50,968 nt of DNA from Polyangiaceae bacterium (lineage in GTDB: Bacteria; Myxococcota_A; Polyangia; Polyangiales; Polyangiaceae): the NCBI GenBank assembly GCA_033763455.1, contig JANRKO010000063.1, forward strand, positions 1 to 50,968, given 5' to 3'. Shown piece after piece: positions 50,882 through 50,968 of this stretch; position 1 is the first letter of the stretch, and each line of letters starts with the position of its first letter. Both the position numbers and the translations under genes were made by a program. The notes below the pieces were generated by a model. That model was given only the letters and a program-made list of their open reading frames with translations, ran no database searches and was not told the origin of the DNA.

Positions 50882-50968
50882 GTTTTGGATCGCAATTCGA
50901 ACTCGATGGGGTTGAGGAAACCGAGATAAGAGTGGCGTCTCTCGGTGTTGTAGAAGTTGTCGATGTAT
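50832..50968 (-). mobile_element. IS3 family element, right end (runs off the window)
   Basis: IR reads CTGTCCACTGAAACGGGGGATCTTCA on the minus strand; transposase C-terminus YIDNFYNTERRHSYLGFLNPIEFE...VA* stops at 50863. Confidence 0.92.

Overview
This window looks like chromosomal DNA from a myxobacterium (Polyangiaceae-like). That assignment is an inference from a Ser/Thr kinase-PEGA pair, many Gly/Cys-rich lipoproteins and a TIGR02147 gene. Contents in order: tRNA-Asn(GTT); a nested tandem/REP-like repeat array; large secreted lipoproteins (beta-propeller, FG-GAP/CARDB); a six-gene minus-strand operon (kinase, PEGA, phosphoesterase, methyltransferase, asnB, LPG-synthase-like); mepA; a sugar cluster (eukaryote-type xylulokinase, ABC ATPase, galE, SDR, FAH); a PAS histidine kinase; yhaO-yhaN; a FAD oxidoreductase; a Hint-domain lipoprotein; a decayed TA module with an NDT/TIR-like gene; aceE; vapBC; mutT; fetAB; an AAA-DUF4143 ATPase; and an MbnP-like gene hit by an IS3. 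The strongest unexplained structure is a ~3.9-kb integrase-less island. It is flanked by a 120-bp duplication of the aceE 3' end whose copies differ at only two synonymous positions, and it begins at the junction with an IS91/ISCR-like transposase fragment. All protein family calls come from motif recognition by eye; no database searches were run.
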